From Balamuthia mandrillaris (Eukaryota), in NCBI GenBank assembly GCA_031835245.2, contig JAVKOQ020000009.1:310001-374000 (forward strand): 64,000 bases of DNA, in the 5' to 3' direction. The translations under genes were made by a program, and so were the position numbers. A model generated the notes under the pieces. The model searched no databases and was not told the DNA's origin. It worked only from the letters and a program-made list of their open reading frames with translations. Below, piece after piece: positions 36,212 to 49,998 of this stretch (the first letter of the stretch is position 1; every line of letters begins with the position of its first letter).

Positions 36212-39200
36212 TCACAAAAGGATGGGTTGGGGCTCTCCCGATGCAACAGCAGGGAAGGGAGATGACGCCGAGAGCCGCCCCTCCTCGTCCCCTTCGCCAT
36301 CCCCCTCGTCAGATTGTGGTTGGTGGTGTTCCACAGGCGAATTGTGGTTGGCAAAGCGCTCAAACACCCGCCGCTCCAACTCCTTCACTTCGTTGTCCAA
36401 ACTCGTCCACTCCGACACTATCCGCACGGCGTTGTCCAGCTTCGGTGTCTTGGTCATTGGGTTGTTACACTTTTACAAAAAGTTAGACAAAGACCAAGGC
36501 GAGCAAGACCAACAGAAAGATGCTCACCAAATCGATGGTCTTGGCGTTGGCTTTGGACTCATCGTCACACCAGGTCTCGCACCATAGCCACTCCTGTGGG
36601 AGAGAGAATATGGGCACGTGGTGTTGCAAGTAGTTTGGCAGATCTTGGTCCAAGTTGGCCAGAGAGTTAGCGTCCCTGCTTAGCCCGTTGTATGTCTGCC
36701 GCAGTATGTCCCCTGCTCCCATCTTACGGAACCGATCCAAGTCAATAACATAGAGAGCACTTTTATAAAAAAAAGAGGAGATGAGAAAGATTTTGTCAGA
36801 AACTGCGAGTGTAAGAGGGAATGAAGAATATAAGGAGACCTAATGTGATAAGGTCTTCCCCCCAAGTGGTCGTTCCAAAAGCCTTTCTTCCAGAAGCGAA
36901 AGCCCTCTATTTCCTCCCTGCTATCACAGAAAGGCGTATAGCCATAAGGTGCTCCATGCAGATCCATGTCTTTCAATTCTTTTAAATCTGCTCTCACAAT
37001 CTTGTTGCGCGAGTTAGTGCTTGAAGTTGCCAGGGGCGAGAGTAGAGAGCAGAGAAGCAGGGAAGAGAAGAGGAAATCAACCTGATCAGCGTCCACGTAG
37101 ATAACTTTTTTCAATCCAAGCGGAAAGAGTACATCCAAGAAGAGGATCTTGTAGCTGCGTGCCGAAAGTAAGTATGAACTGATAAGGTTATGTAGGAAAA
37201 AAGGGGGAACGTGAGCATTACCCCCAAATGATCCGCTGCTTTTCGGTTTCCTGGTGCAACCATGATGGCCACTTGTAGGTAACCAGCTGAACACTGCAGT
37301 TGTATGCCTCACACATATGAGGAATAAATTCCTGGTTGGTTTCCTGTTAGTTTCGTTTCTTCATCCAGGAATGATGTAATGCAAGCACAAACCTTAAAGC
37401 GAGGAGACAAAAAGTTGTTCAAGAACCAAAACTTGACAGGAGATTTTGTATTCTTAAGAACGCTAAGCATCATTATTTTCAAGAAGCGTTCATACAAATG
37501 GCCTGTTGCAACAGAAAAAACGTGTAATGTATCATCATCTTCTTGCTTGATTTGAGGTTTAGGTTGCTCTCCTCCAAATAGGCTATTTCCGACAAAAGTC
37601 AGAATAGGAATATCATCAAACAACACTAAACACAATTGAAAGGCGTACTTGGTGAATGAGCTCCATAGTCCAGTTGGCTGGGCAGGCTCTCCCTCTTGAA
37701 CCTCGCCATCCTCGTTCAAAAGAGACTCTGCCTCCATGCCCGGTTGTTTGGCAACCTTTACCACGGCAAAAAAAAAGTCAGCTCCGTTAAAACGTTAAAG
37801 CAACTAAAAGAACAAAATTACCTTTAGCATGACATAATCTCCCTGGAAGCTAGATACAGAAATGGGCCATTGAGAAACAGGATTGCGTTGGCTGTCCAGC
37901 AGATGATATATGCGACTACCACGGCCAGGAGCCAAGTTTATGTACCATACTCCTGGATTGGCAGGCAATTGGAAGTAACCATAAGACATCACCAACGTAT
38001 CTGCTACTTGTGGATCTGTCAAACTGCCAAGATTCAACTGCAGTCCCGATGGAGTATCCCTGAAAATGTATTCCAAACACGTTCCTACAAACAAGAAAAA
38101 TAAATGTTAGAGGTAACTGCCCATCAAAGATAGCTGTGAGAACAAAAAACAAACAACACCCACCTTCTATAAGCAGAGAGCACGTTTTCCGTCTTGAGGT
38201 CGCTGAGTCGAATGTTATCAAGGTCGTGGACTGCAGAAACAGCTTGAACTAACCACGTGCGCGGTGTGTCCATGGTCAACGAAAACAGCTGGTCGTGGGG
38301 CAAATTGTTAAATGTGGCTCGTAGATCTCGGTAGGCATATCTGCATTGAATGAGACACGACGAGAATGAGACCAGGGATGAACATCACTAAAACTAAATG
38401 AGGCAAATGATATGAAGGAGCGTACTCATTGGACTCGGTAAAAAGATCCTCATTTTGTAAAGTAACATATCGGTAGAAAGATTTAAGAGGAATGTCTTTC
38501 AAGTCTTTGCTTGGATTTAGTACAACATTGACGTTGAGGCCCAATTCCTTGGTCAAAACCTACGATTACCGAAAAAAAAAAATCAGATGAGCAAGACAAT
38601 CCGGAGTAAGCATAGCTACACTAAGTGTATCAAACCATCAGAACAGGTGTTATCTTTTGGGAAAGCTTGCTTAGTGGATTAAGCACAGCAGTTACTGTCA
38701 TTACCAACTGAGATTTGCTGGCTCCGGTAGGACCGAGAACAAAGTCGCTGAAAGATAAAGAGTGCAAGTATTAATAGTCTTTCAGAGCAACTAACGAGAA
38801 AGAGGACAACGTACGGAATGAGATCCCCTACAGCAACCTTGTGGGATTGAGTTTTGTAGTCGTGACCAATGAGAGACGCTGTAATCATTTGAATATCGCT
38901 TATGTAGGAGCTGGTGAGCAGATCAGGGTCGGCTACATCATACTCCGCTGAAGAGAGGAGAGCGGCCAAGGCATTTGCACCCGTTGCTCCCATGAACTCA
39001 GTCACAAGAGCGAAATCAGAAGAGCTAAGGTGCTCCTCATCGCTAAGGCTAATGAGCCTGCCATTGCTAAGAATTGCGCGTTGAGAGCTATCCAAGCCAA
39101 GCTCCTCCACACAAAATTCTTTCTCTCTCAGCGCTCTTTCCTGGTGCGCAGCCAGCTGGTGGTCCATAAGAGCAATAAACTTGCCAGGTTCATCGATGAG

Positions 39201-42200
39201 GTTGGATTCTAGGGCTATCCTATCGATGAGTTGTCGTGTTTCTTCTTGATTCAGAACTTGATGTTGTGAGAGGGCGATCACTGCGTTCGCTAACAGGCGT
39301 GTGGCGAAAGGAATTATCTTTTTCATGGGTTTGAAGTAGGAAGGATCTGATGGATTAAAGGTCACACAAGTGAGTAAACCCACAAATGCAAGAATGCAGT
39401 GATGGCGTGGGCTAGAGGGCTACAGAAACGCCCATCCCATGGGGCTTGTATGGTAGTTTGGGAAATAAAACAGAAAAAGCACATTTCACTTACCTGTTAC
39501 AGTCATCAGCGCTCGGGTGAACAAGGCATTATGCAGTTGCTGCAGATCGGTGTTGTGCAACAAAGTGAGACGAACATTGCTATGCTTTTGTTCCTCCTGT
39601 GCCTAATAATTTTGTGAATCACATTTTATGTCACAGCCAACAAAGTAGAAACCGTTTGACATTAGCAAACTTACCACAAAAAGCAGCGTATCCAACGCAA
39701 GCTCTGCACCTTTAATTGTTGTCAAATCAACGACAACCTGGTTAGATATGGACTTAACCAAATGGTCCGCTAAGTAAGCAACCAAATAAAGAGGTACAAG
39801 TTAGTAATGGAGCAAGCAAAAAGAATATAACGCTTCCCCAGTATACTCACCAGAGGGCGACGCAAAGTAACGGGTGTTAAAGAGGTCCACATGTCGCAAT
39901 AACGGAACAAAGGTAATCTCGCTGGGAGGCGCGCATATTTTAGGGTTGTACCTGCTGAAAGTGCCAGGCTTGGACAAGTGCCAGCTGTAAACATCGTCTT
40001 GAGGCGAGAGTTCGTGTGCCGTGAGCGCGTTGGCTACTTCGGCGTAGCCGTAGTAGGCTACCTTCATAAGCTCTTGCTCAAACTGTGCGATGAATAATGC
40101 TGTCAATCCTCATTCCCGAACTCAAACAAGGTGTATACACAAGGTAGACGAGGGCAGTACCATACGAATGGTTGCGGGTGTGTACTGATTCACCACGCCA
40201 TTTGAAAAAACGAAAACTTCCTGTTGTGGATCCTTGAGAACAGCACCTTTGGTACGCATGAAGGCTAGCATTTTGCGTATATTGGCATCATAGCGGTTAC
40301 TCTCTGCAATATTGGTCCTCCAAGAGATATTTACTTCATCCTCTGCTACGCTGGATGAATATATAGCCTGTTTAAAGGCGTTGATGAAATCCTCTTCGCT
40401 CAGTGCACTGGTTTCATCCATTTCTCGTGCCATAATATAAGCCTTATAATAATACAATAATACTAGTCAGAATGGCCAAGCTACAAGAAGCTATAGAAAT
40501 GAAAGGGAAAGACCTTTTTGAGGAACATTGCAGCTTTGCGCATTCCATGATGGTCATGAATGTAAAAGTAGGCTCGAACAACATGAAGCACGAGTGGATC
40601 GAGGTCGTCCATGTTGATAAGATCCAACGACTCTTTCTGTTGCTTGCCAGAGGAAAGCAAAGCACCACTGCTGGCTAGCTCTTGGAGTTCTTCAGAGGAA
40701 TAATGACTTTTGGCTTCATACTCTGATGATGAGGGAATATGAAACAGGAAGCCGAAGCGGATCGGGATGTTGCTTGCCCAAATCTCGCATGCTCTTGACA
40801 GTAGCTGGAGACCGATAGGACTCGTGGGATTAGCCACCATTACCATGGTAAACAGATTTCTTTTCAGGCGGACAAAGGTCCCAGGGAATGTTTGCGAAAA
40901 TACCTATTAACAACAATTATTTAAGAGTGGGTGAGATGGAGCGAGAAAGAGGGTTTGGGGGCAGTTACAGTGGTTAAACTGGAGGACCACTGAGAATACA
41001 TTGCGTCTGTCTCCAAGTCGTTGACCCACGAAATCGAATTTTTAAAGGGGAATTCCTCCTCGTCATCATCGTCCACACCGGGAACATCATCACGCAAGTC
41101 GAACCTCATATCAGAAAATTGGGGTTGTTGGGAAAGAGCAGTTGAGGCAATATCACTACTCAGGCCCTTGCTAGTTAAAAAGGCCATGCGATCGTGTTGT
41201 TCTCTCAGCGCAGAAAACATACTATCGGCAATGAACGTCCATTCTTGGTTAGAAGCAAAAAGTGGAGAAGCAGAAGAGGAGGGCTTACCTATAGGCATTG
41301 ATGTTATCGTGGAAAAAGGGGATGCCATTTATAACGAGCCCTTCAGAAAACATCATCTGATAGGCAAGTACCTGTTTGTTGGCATCAATATTTTCTTGAA
41401 TGGTGGCATTCAATTTTACTTTGCTAAGAGAGGCTGCTGCCGGAGGAAAGTTCTGACTGATGTCACGCATGACCATCAACGGATCGGACGCTTGTATGAT
41501 CCGTTGACTAGCTTGATAGCCCAAATCTATGAAAGGGAGAAAGAGAATAAAAAAGGAGAGAGATAGGGAAACGAACGGAACAGTCAGCGCAATGCTTATT
41601 TTTGCAATGCCTGTACTAGAATAGAGCAACAGGAAGTCGAACCTTTAACTTGCCATGCCTTAAGCTGGCCAAAATCGTGCTCCTGGACGGTGAGCAAAAG
41701 ATAGTCTTTAAAGGCATCCAGCTTGGAAGCTAGCTCAGGCTTTCGCTCTTTCAAGCGTTTAAACATGAATCCCTCGACCTCACCTTCCTCTTCTTCGCCA
41801 GCGCTCAACACCTGTTGTTCTTCCCCGCCGTCGCCCTCGACTTGAGTGTCATCGATGGCCTTGTACTCGGTGCTCTTGACTACCAGCTCCACGCCGTATC
41901 CCTGAAGGGGCAGTGGTACCGCACTTTTGGGGTACGAGTGACGCAAGGCGTAGTGGAGAAGGCCGTTGGTGGAGGCCTCCTTCAACAAGTTGTGATACTC
42001 CAAAAATTCCTCCGAAGCAAAGCTAGCATAGAGAACTGCCTCGATGGCAGCCTTTGGTTGTTTGCTCGGGTGAACGTGCTCCTGCTTGCCCAACAGAAAC
42101 AGGGTCGCGTGCTCGGTAGCCTTTGTGTTGCCCTCAGCAGCATGCAAAAGGGCCTGCTGTAGGTCATCCTTGCTGCAGATCCGCTGGGAGAGGTGCGAGA

Positions 42201-42777
42201 GTTGCACCCATGTGGTGCTGTTGCACTGTTGCTGCTCTCCGACTGCGAGGAGCTGCTCGGCAAAGCTCCTGAACATTTCCACGGCGGGGCTGTAGTGTCT
42301 AGTACGCAGGGCATACCTGAGGAAAGGCACTTGGTCCGCGGCCAGTTGGGTGGCCGCCTCGACCACTCGTTGGTACTCCTCCTTTTGGTGTAGTGGCGGT
42401 TGCTGCTGCCTCAACTGAGCAAAGAGCTCGACGAAAGCCCAAAACTTTGCATTGCTGTCTTCCGCGAAAAACTCGCTTGTAGATGGTGGTGTTGGCGATT
42501 GAGGAGGCGGACGTTTAGTTCCGGGAGGACGGTTTTGTGTTGTTGTTTTGTTTTGTTTTTTTTAAATGGAGTGGGGTAGGGCGACGTACCTTGCTTCGAG
42601 AGCGAGCGGAGTGACGCCCCAGCCAGCTTGTAAATCGATGCTGACAACCTTCTTTTGAGAGTCCAACGCAGCACAAGACCAACACAGTAACAGCGTTGCC
42701 ATCGCACAGTAAAGCAGCCAATGCAGGCCCATCAGCCGGTCCATCCTCCTCCTGGTGACAGCCATTTTTCTTTCCAT
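36212..42777 (-). CDS. UGGT: UDP-glucose:glycoprotein glucosyltransferase
   Basis: Signal peptide, [90 protein letters not shown]. Confidence 0.97.
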
Positions 42778-43061
42778 CAGCAGCAACAGCCTGAAAAAAA
42801 AACACACACACACACGGGCAGAACTCCTGTATGCTCTGCTGCTTCTTCCGCTGCTGCTTCTTGTCTTTTCTTTCTTTTTGTTTCTTTTTTCCGGTGAACG
42901 GCATGTAATCATAGGATTGGTCGATCCCGATGATCTTGAATAGATTAGACATTCAGGAACGACGTGAGAGAGGATAACAGCCGACGAGGGAGAGAGGCGG
43001 CAGCACCCACCCATCACAGGCAACCCCCACCCACCCACCCCACCATAGCGTAGTGGCAATA

Positions 43062-44421
43062 ATGGCCCAAAGAGAGGAAGCAGAAAGAGGGCCAGTGGCT
43101 GCTGAAGCGCGGCGATGGGACCGCTTCTTTTTGCAACGGCTGCACGAGTTTGTGCTGCGAGATGAACAGCAGAAAGCTCCAAGAGTCGTTTTGCCGTCCA
43201 GGAACCGCGCTTCTGTTGCCATCGTCATTCGCGTCTCACCCTCGCGCGAGGACCCGGACCCTTCCCTCGTGGCTGCAAGTGCTACTGCTAGCACCGACAT
43301 GCTTTCATTCTTTGACCGTAGTACTCCTCCTTGTTCTTTCCCCTTGGGTCATGATGGGAAAAGAGCTCTAACAACCTTCCACATGAATAGAGGAGTGGGT
43401 GAAGCGTGGAGCACCCGAGATTTTGTTCATCAAACGTGCGATAAACCCGAGAGACCGGTGGAGCGGTCAGGTGGCCTTTCCTGGTGGACGTAGGGACGAC
43501 AGCGATAGCAGCGACCAAAGTGTGGCTGAACGGGAGGTCAACGAGGAGATAGGGCTCGACCTATCAGACCAGAGGTACCAGCTCCTCTCTTGCTTGTTGC
43601 TGCTTCTTTCATTCATTGGACCTGTCCCCCTTCTTACGTGGTACTGTGCCTGATGATCAGAGCGTTTGCCATGCTGATGCAGCTGAGCGACAAGTCTGTG
43701 TTTCGTACACGTGCCAGTAACAACAAGAAGGACGGCCTCGTTCTCAGCAGTTTTGGTTTGTAGAATGCCCTCTTCTTGTTTGCTGTCGATAGAAGAACTC
43801 TTCTCTCTCCTGTCCACGCACTGACGCTAAATGGGATGCTCCGCTTTATTGGAATGCATGATGGCAACCACAGTATATTTGCAGCTTACCAAAGACACAC
43901 CGCCACTTCACTTGAACCTCAAAGAGGTTCAATCGTACCGTTGGATACCTGCCTCTTTCTTCCTGAACCCACAACTGAAGGTGCTGGCCTATCTCCTCGT
44001 ATTCGATGCTCTTATGCCGCCGGTGACGGTGTGGTATGCTTCCCTCTGGCGGCTATTTGGCAAATACCGCAGCGACCATTTCTATTTTCCATCACTGCTG
44101 CTGCCATCGCCCTCCTCTCAGAGCAAAACGCAGGCAGCCACCGACTATACCACACTGCCATGGGCGTGGGGTGCCGACCAAGTGCGCTTCATCAATGGAG
44201 AAGAGGTCAAGGAGTACGTGCTATGGGGACTATCGTTGAACGTGTTGGGCACCTTCCTGGATACGTTGGGATGCTCCAATCGGCTATGCTTTCCTGGCAA
44301 TACTCCCTTCAAATCTCGTTCTCTATTGTTGAATGTTTTGTTGGAGCGACAGCACCGGCATGAAGGGCCTGTACAGTCCTGCACCTCTCCTCCTTCTATC
44401 AAAGTTACTGCTAAACTTTGA
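43062..44421 (+). CDS. Nudix hydrolase (CoA-pyrophosphatase-like)
   Basis: RASVAIVIR, EILFIKRAINPRDRWSGQVAFPGGRRD...AEREVNEEIGLDL (Nudix box), LWGLSL. Confidence 0.88.
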
Positions 44422-44422
44422 G

Positions 44423-44460
<38 letters not shown>

Positions 44461-44593
44461 TAATGTATTCTTTTGAAAAGGAGGCATGAAATGTTTACTC
44501 AGATCATCTTAGTTCAATAATGGACTCCACCATTCCTTGGAAGGCCTCCTCTTACTATTTCTAGCCTCAAAAGAGAAAATCATAGAGGAAAGC

Positions 44594-47230
44594 TTACTTG
44601 TGCTTCTCACTGCCGCTGCTGCTTCCAGCTCCTTGGGCATAGATAGGGTGAGAGAAGTGGGTGGCAGCATCAATAAAGGCCGTTTCTTGGGAGCTGTAAG
44701 CATCGATTTGTTTCTTGAGGGCCTTCTCTTCCTCCTCGAGCTTGCTCTTGGTGGCGCTGACCTCAAAGATCTGCTCGAGCTGGTCGTCACCAAGGGTGGA
44801 GACCTTGCCCTGAATCTCGTTCCACAGCTCGGTTTGCATTGGCACCAAAAGGAAGTTGTAGAACTTGAGCAGGATGTTTTTGGTGATGCGATCCCTCAGC
44901 CGTGTGAACAGCTCCTTGGTGAGCTGCTCGACGGCCTTCTTGGTCTCTTCCGCATCCGTGCGGTCCATTGGGAGGTTGCGATCAGCATACTCGGTGTACT
45001 CCCAGTAGATGGTTCTGGTGCCATAAAACTCGTCCAAGCACTTGGTGAGCATCCTCTTGGAGCACAGCTCCACAAACTTGTTGTAGAGGTCCTTGACGTG
45101 ATAGGTGAAGAAGGGATACATATCAATGTCGTTCACATCCACAGAGGTGGGATCGTGGCTGCCAGTCTGCCACTTGGCGTTCCGTCTGGAGTCCACTATC
45201 TTCTCCACGATGTCAGTCAGACGGAGCAGCACGTAAACAGCACGACGGCAGGTTTGCTCAATGAGAGGAACCAGCTCCTCTCTGGCCTTCTGTTGAGCCA
45301 GGTCGCTGGCAGCCCAAGCATAGTTCGGGATGTTGTTCAGCTTGTTGATTCCAGCCGCGGTGGCAATGTCGTCCATGCTGATGTCAGGGAGCTTCTGGTG
45401 GTCGGCTACGGCCTTGAACTCTGCCAACAACCTCTCAAACTGCTGCCCTCCGTAGAGCTTGCTGTCCCAGTAGGGGATGTTCCACTCCTCTGGGTCCAGC
45501 CTGATGGTCTTCTTATTGGAGTCCAGCCAATCACCATCTCCAGACTGGGCCTTCTCCTCCTCCAAAGTCTGACCGTTGACAGCAGGGTTGCCCTCCGAGG
45601 TGCCAGCAAGCAGCTTGTCTACCGCTTGCAAAAAGTCGATGACATAGTTGCTGGCGATGGAGCGCAGCTTGACGCTGTTGAGGCCCTGCAGTTGAGCCTG
45701 CACTTGGGCCAGGCGGAGTTGGGTATCCACTTTGTTTGCCCTGAGACGCTTTAGGATCTGAGGGATGGCGTCCTGGTACTTCTTCCAGGTGAGGTTCAGC
45801 AGGTATTGTCTCAGCTGAAGGATGCCCACGCTGGACTCGTATCTTCTGTCATACTGGAGCTGCTCCAAGGAGCGAAGGTCGCGCCTAACTGCCTGGTAGA
45901 TTTTCTCTTGGAACTTGGCAGGATCCTTGAACTTGGCCCTCACCTTTGGGGAGAGGCTCGTCGTAAAGAAGCACTTAGCGTCGGGGAGTGAGCCTCCGAG
46001 GTAGCGGTTGACCTGCCTTGTGGAGGTAAACCTCTGCAGGTGGAAGTAGAACTTTGTGTAGACAAAGGTCGTGCGGGAAAACTCAGGGTCCACCTGTTTG
46101 ATGAACTCAAACATGTCCAATTTGTCCCAGTCCTTGGCCTCTTCCACGCAGAGTATGAGCCTGTGGGGGTACTTGACAGTGTTGTAGACGATGGCCTGTA
46201 CGTCTCCACATTGGCTGTCCTCCTCGTCCTTGATGAGTCCTGGTGTATCGATAAGGGTCATGTTACAGCAGTACTTGTATTCATATTGTACATAAATAGG
46301 GTCTTCCGAGTATTTCGAGATCTTATTTCTCTTTTCCAGCTCTCCGCTAAGGTCACTGACCGAGACAGTCACATCATGGTCGTAGTCCTGTCCTTTCAGC
46401 AGCGAATCTCTCTTAATAGTCACTTTGGGTTTATCGAACTTTGGGTTGTTGATTATCCTTAAGTAAACTGGTCTTTTGGTAGCTCGTTCAGTAGGGGTTA
46501 AGGTAGATATTTCTCTCTAGAGAGAGAGAGAGAACAGAGGAGAGAGAGCAGAGAGTTTTAACAAACAAAAACCAAAGTTGGAAAGGATATCATAGCCAAG
46601 ATGACTGACAGACTGACCAAGGAAGCCTTCAATGAGGCTGGACTTACCCTGACCCTGGTAGCCAAGCAACACAATCTCGGGAGTGACGATTTGGATGTTG
46701 AGCTCTCGGGCATAACCTTGAAGTTTGTCATAGGAAGTGAAGACCTCTGGAAAGTTGCCAAAAGGGAACAGTTTGTAAATCTCTTTGTAATCCACAGAAG
46801 AGTCCATCGGAACAGATTCTAACGATTGGATCTCGCTTTCTTCGTCCTCGGCTTCCTCCATCCTTCTGCGCTCTTCGTCGAGTTTCTTTTTTTCTGCCTG
46901 CTCCTTCTTTTTCTTTCTGTCATCGTCCCTCCTTTGCTTAACGTCTTCTTTTTTCTTGTCCTCATCCTTTCTCTTTCTCCTTTCTTCCTCTTCTCTCTTT
47001 ACTGCATCATCGTCTCCCTTGCGGGATTCGTCTTCTTCGGTTTTCTTTTGCTCCGGTTCATTGGCCGTGGATCGTTTTTCAGTAGATAGGCTCTTGCGCT
47101 TCTCTACCTCGGCCTCAGTGGAAGTTCGTGCTGCGATGATGGCCAAACCAATCAGATAAGCACAAAAAAAATACTGAGAACAATAGCGTACCTTTATCTT
47201 CCTCCTTGGCCTTTTTCTTGCTCTCCTTCT
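44594..47230 (-). CDS. Dynamin-like GTPase, Dlp/ARC5(DRP5) clade
   Basis: PEIVLLGYQGQGKSSLIEGFLG (G1), TKRPV (G2), LIDTPGL (G3), FVYTKF, KLYGGQQFERLLAEF. The charged N-terminus and true start are uncertain. Confidence 0.9.
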
Positions 47231-47462
47231 CCTTGCGTCCCTTGAACATACCTCAAATAGTGTCTCTACTTTTCTAGGAGTCAAGAAGAAAAAATGAAAG
47301 AACTACAAAATAGCAAGGTACCACAGTGCCTCTTTCAAAGTACGATGCTTGGATTTAAAAAAATCCAAATAAAAAGTCTTAGGATAAATTTGGTGAAGAG
47401 ACACCCAACAACCAATAGCGTAAATCTGTCGACATCCGCCTAATAAACTCGAGGGGTCTTAT

Positions 47463-47756
47463 TTGTTCACGCCAAAATTTCATCAAGGAATACAACGACT
47501 GGAAAGAAAAGGAAGGACCAAGACGGGTCCAGAAGCTGTTCAGTTCGTAGGAGCGCCTACATTAAACTTGCACATTTTGCAAATCTTGCACAAATGCACC
47601 ACAATGGGTGGATGCATTCACGGGTGTAGGACCTTGTATGAGCGCTTGTTAGTTTTACAGCAGACAATGATGGAAACCCTCAAAATGCAGGATGAGGCGA
47701 TCGCATTGGTGGACAAGCTGGAGGAAAGGAATCGCAAACAAAGAAAGTGGTTATGA
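47463..47756 (+). other. Short helical ORF or gene fragment carrying an in-frame 90-nt insertion
   Basis: Removing 47544-47633 restores EAVQLYERLLVLQQTMMETLKMQDEAIALVDKLEE, which reads as an amphipathic, TPR-like helix. Expression unknown. Confidence 0.35.
47554..47633 (-). ncRNA. Putative Fanzor omega-RNA scaffold (copy 2, ORF-less)
   Basis: The reverse complement, GGTCCTACACCCGTGAATGCATCCACCCATTGTGGTGCATTTGTGCAAGATTTGCAAAATGTGCAAGTTTAATGTAGGCG, aligns end to end with 21015-21094. The 3' part is identical and the differences cluster in and near hairpin 1. Confidence 0.8.
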
Positions 47757-47911
47757 AGGAACACAACGTAAGCGGAACACCCATGAAATGTCGTTAACGC
47801 CAGCATTGCCATGCTGGCTGGATTCAAGGTGTTGTTGATACACCTAAATATCAAAACTGCACATACACAAATAACAAATGTAGATTGGAAGGAAGAAGAA
47901 CAAAAGGATGT

Positions 47912-49553
47912 TTAACCACTTGTAGAAGAACCAGTGCTGCCGTAGGTGGGAGGCGTGGTGTTGTAGGGAGAGTAAGGCGAGTTCTCTCCCACGAAGAAAC
48001 GGGGGCTTGGGCTGTAATTTGTCGTTGGAGGAGCTTCCTCGTCGGAATCGTAACGCTGTGGGTTGTCAAAAAGCAAAGATGAACGGACCGTGGGGTGTTG
48101 CAGAGGACTCTCATCTAAGTAATTTTTTCGTGGTTAGGGCAGAGGCCAAAAAAAAAGGATTAACAAGGATAAAAACGACCTGGACCAAGCGGCTCGTTTA
48201 TTATGCCTCTTCTCGTGGAAGTAACGCTTGCAAGACGAGCTCTATAAACAGAGGAGCTGGGAATGTAATAACCTGAATTAAGGCCAGTTATACAGAACAA
48301 AGCACGATTGCATAACACAACATGACAGACACGAACACACACGCATACACACAAATTGCACAAAAAAGTGAAAGGATATCCGCCAGAAAAGAAGGATGAC
48401 AAGAGAGGCTGGAATGATCTCCCACACAAAGAACAGCATAAATACAATCCCATCCTGCCAAGCAAACCCCTAAAGTGGTAACAAGAAAATAATGTTTGGA
48501 TGAGAAATGAAGGTTGTTGTTGGGAGTAGAGCAGACAGCATACGCTTTCAACAGCAAGGCTGATTACTCCAAAGGCCGCTAATACGTTGTACACAGCACG
48601 AGTCGTGAAGAGGAAAAACATAAGTACAGTGACTGCAATAACGTAAATAGGAGAGGTCCTTTGGGGCTGGAATGGAATCTTTACAGCAAAAAAACTTGCA
48701 TGCATCAGAAAAGCAAAGATGAAGGGCGACGCAACCAAGGAGAGAACACGAGTAAACCAAACCTGGATTTGTCCTTTTTTCATGAGTAGATACACCTTCC
48801 ACCCATAAAAAGCCAAAATGGTGACAAGGAAGCAGAAAATAACAGCAGTAAGGGTGTTCAGAGACTTGGTCTCCCACTTCCCTGAGCTCTTCAGGTCCTC
48901 TTTTCTTCCTATGACTGACATCACAATAGTAGTGGCTAACGCAACAGTGTTACTTGAGCCAAAAATAATAGAGAGAGAGCGAGAGAGAGAGAGAGAGAGA
49001 GAGAAGAGAAGTTTGGAGGATGGCTTTAGCTCAGTACCGATAGTACACGACAAGAAGATAAGGTTCACCACGATGTAAATAAAGCAAAAGATCTTTCTTC
49101 TCTGGTACCACACTTTGTTGCTACGGGCATCTATACTGGCGTAAAACAGGACGAGAAGCGAAAAGGTTGAAAACTGTATGTTCACAGCGATCCTGTGTAA
49201 CACGAACAAACAGACCATCCGTCAACGAAGCAGTAAAACGAGAAGGAAAAAAAGCACCAAACCAGAATATGAAGACAGGGAGACCGGCGTTGATCAGCTT
49301 ATCAAAGTAGTCTATCATGAGAAAGTAAACGCAGCGAAGCATCGCCCAAAACTTTTTTCGAATAGGTTGTGGAAGCAAAATAATGGGTCAGAGTGAGCAC
49401 CGACAAGAAACAGAGAAGCGGTAGTGAAGATACACACCAGGCATTGAATCAAAAAGCCAAACTGCCAAGACAATAGGTTGTGTCTGATGGGTAAAATTTG
49501 TCGTCGGGGGCTCGTTCACGCGCATATTCTGCAATTAATCCAGCAATAGCCCT

Positions 49554-49595
<42 letters not shown>

Positions 49596-49744
49596 AGGAG
49601 AAGGGAGAGGAGAAGAGAGAGGACGCAAAACTTGTTCCATATGATGCGCGCTATTTGAAAGAGGCAGACCAGCAGCAGCGCCAAGTAAATGAAGAAGAGA
49701 GCAAAAGTGAAGGAAAGAGGGTTGACGGAGGCCATGGTGGACAT
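47912..49744 (-). CDS. GPR137/TM7SF1 (THH1/TOM1/TOM3-domain) seven-TM lysosomal protein
   Basis: LALLLVCLFQIARIIW, VNIQFSTFSLLVLFYA, FFLFTTRAVYN, WEIIPA, and C-terminal LFDNPQRYDSDEE typical of GPR137. Confidence 0.8.
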
Positions 49745-49998
49745 TGCAAGGGCAGCAGCTTCAGCTTGGCCTCTTTGGGCCTTTCCCAAGACCTGCTTCT
49801 GTGCGCGTGTGCGTGTGCTACGTAGTTCTCTGCCCAAGGGAGGAGGAGGAGGAGCAGCACGTTTCCTCTTCCGCTTCTTCTACTCGTTGTTGCCCCCTTT
49901 TTTTTTTTGGTTGGTCGACAAGAATAGGAGCAGCTGGCGTCATGCGTTGTATAATATACACCCACACAGCACCAGCAGCACCACCGCACAGCAATCCA

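Noticed and set aside
44537..45754. 405-aa plus-strand ORF
   Set aside because: Antisense shadow of the dynamin-like exon, caused by its codon bias. No motifs of its own.
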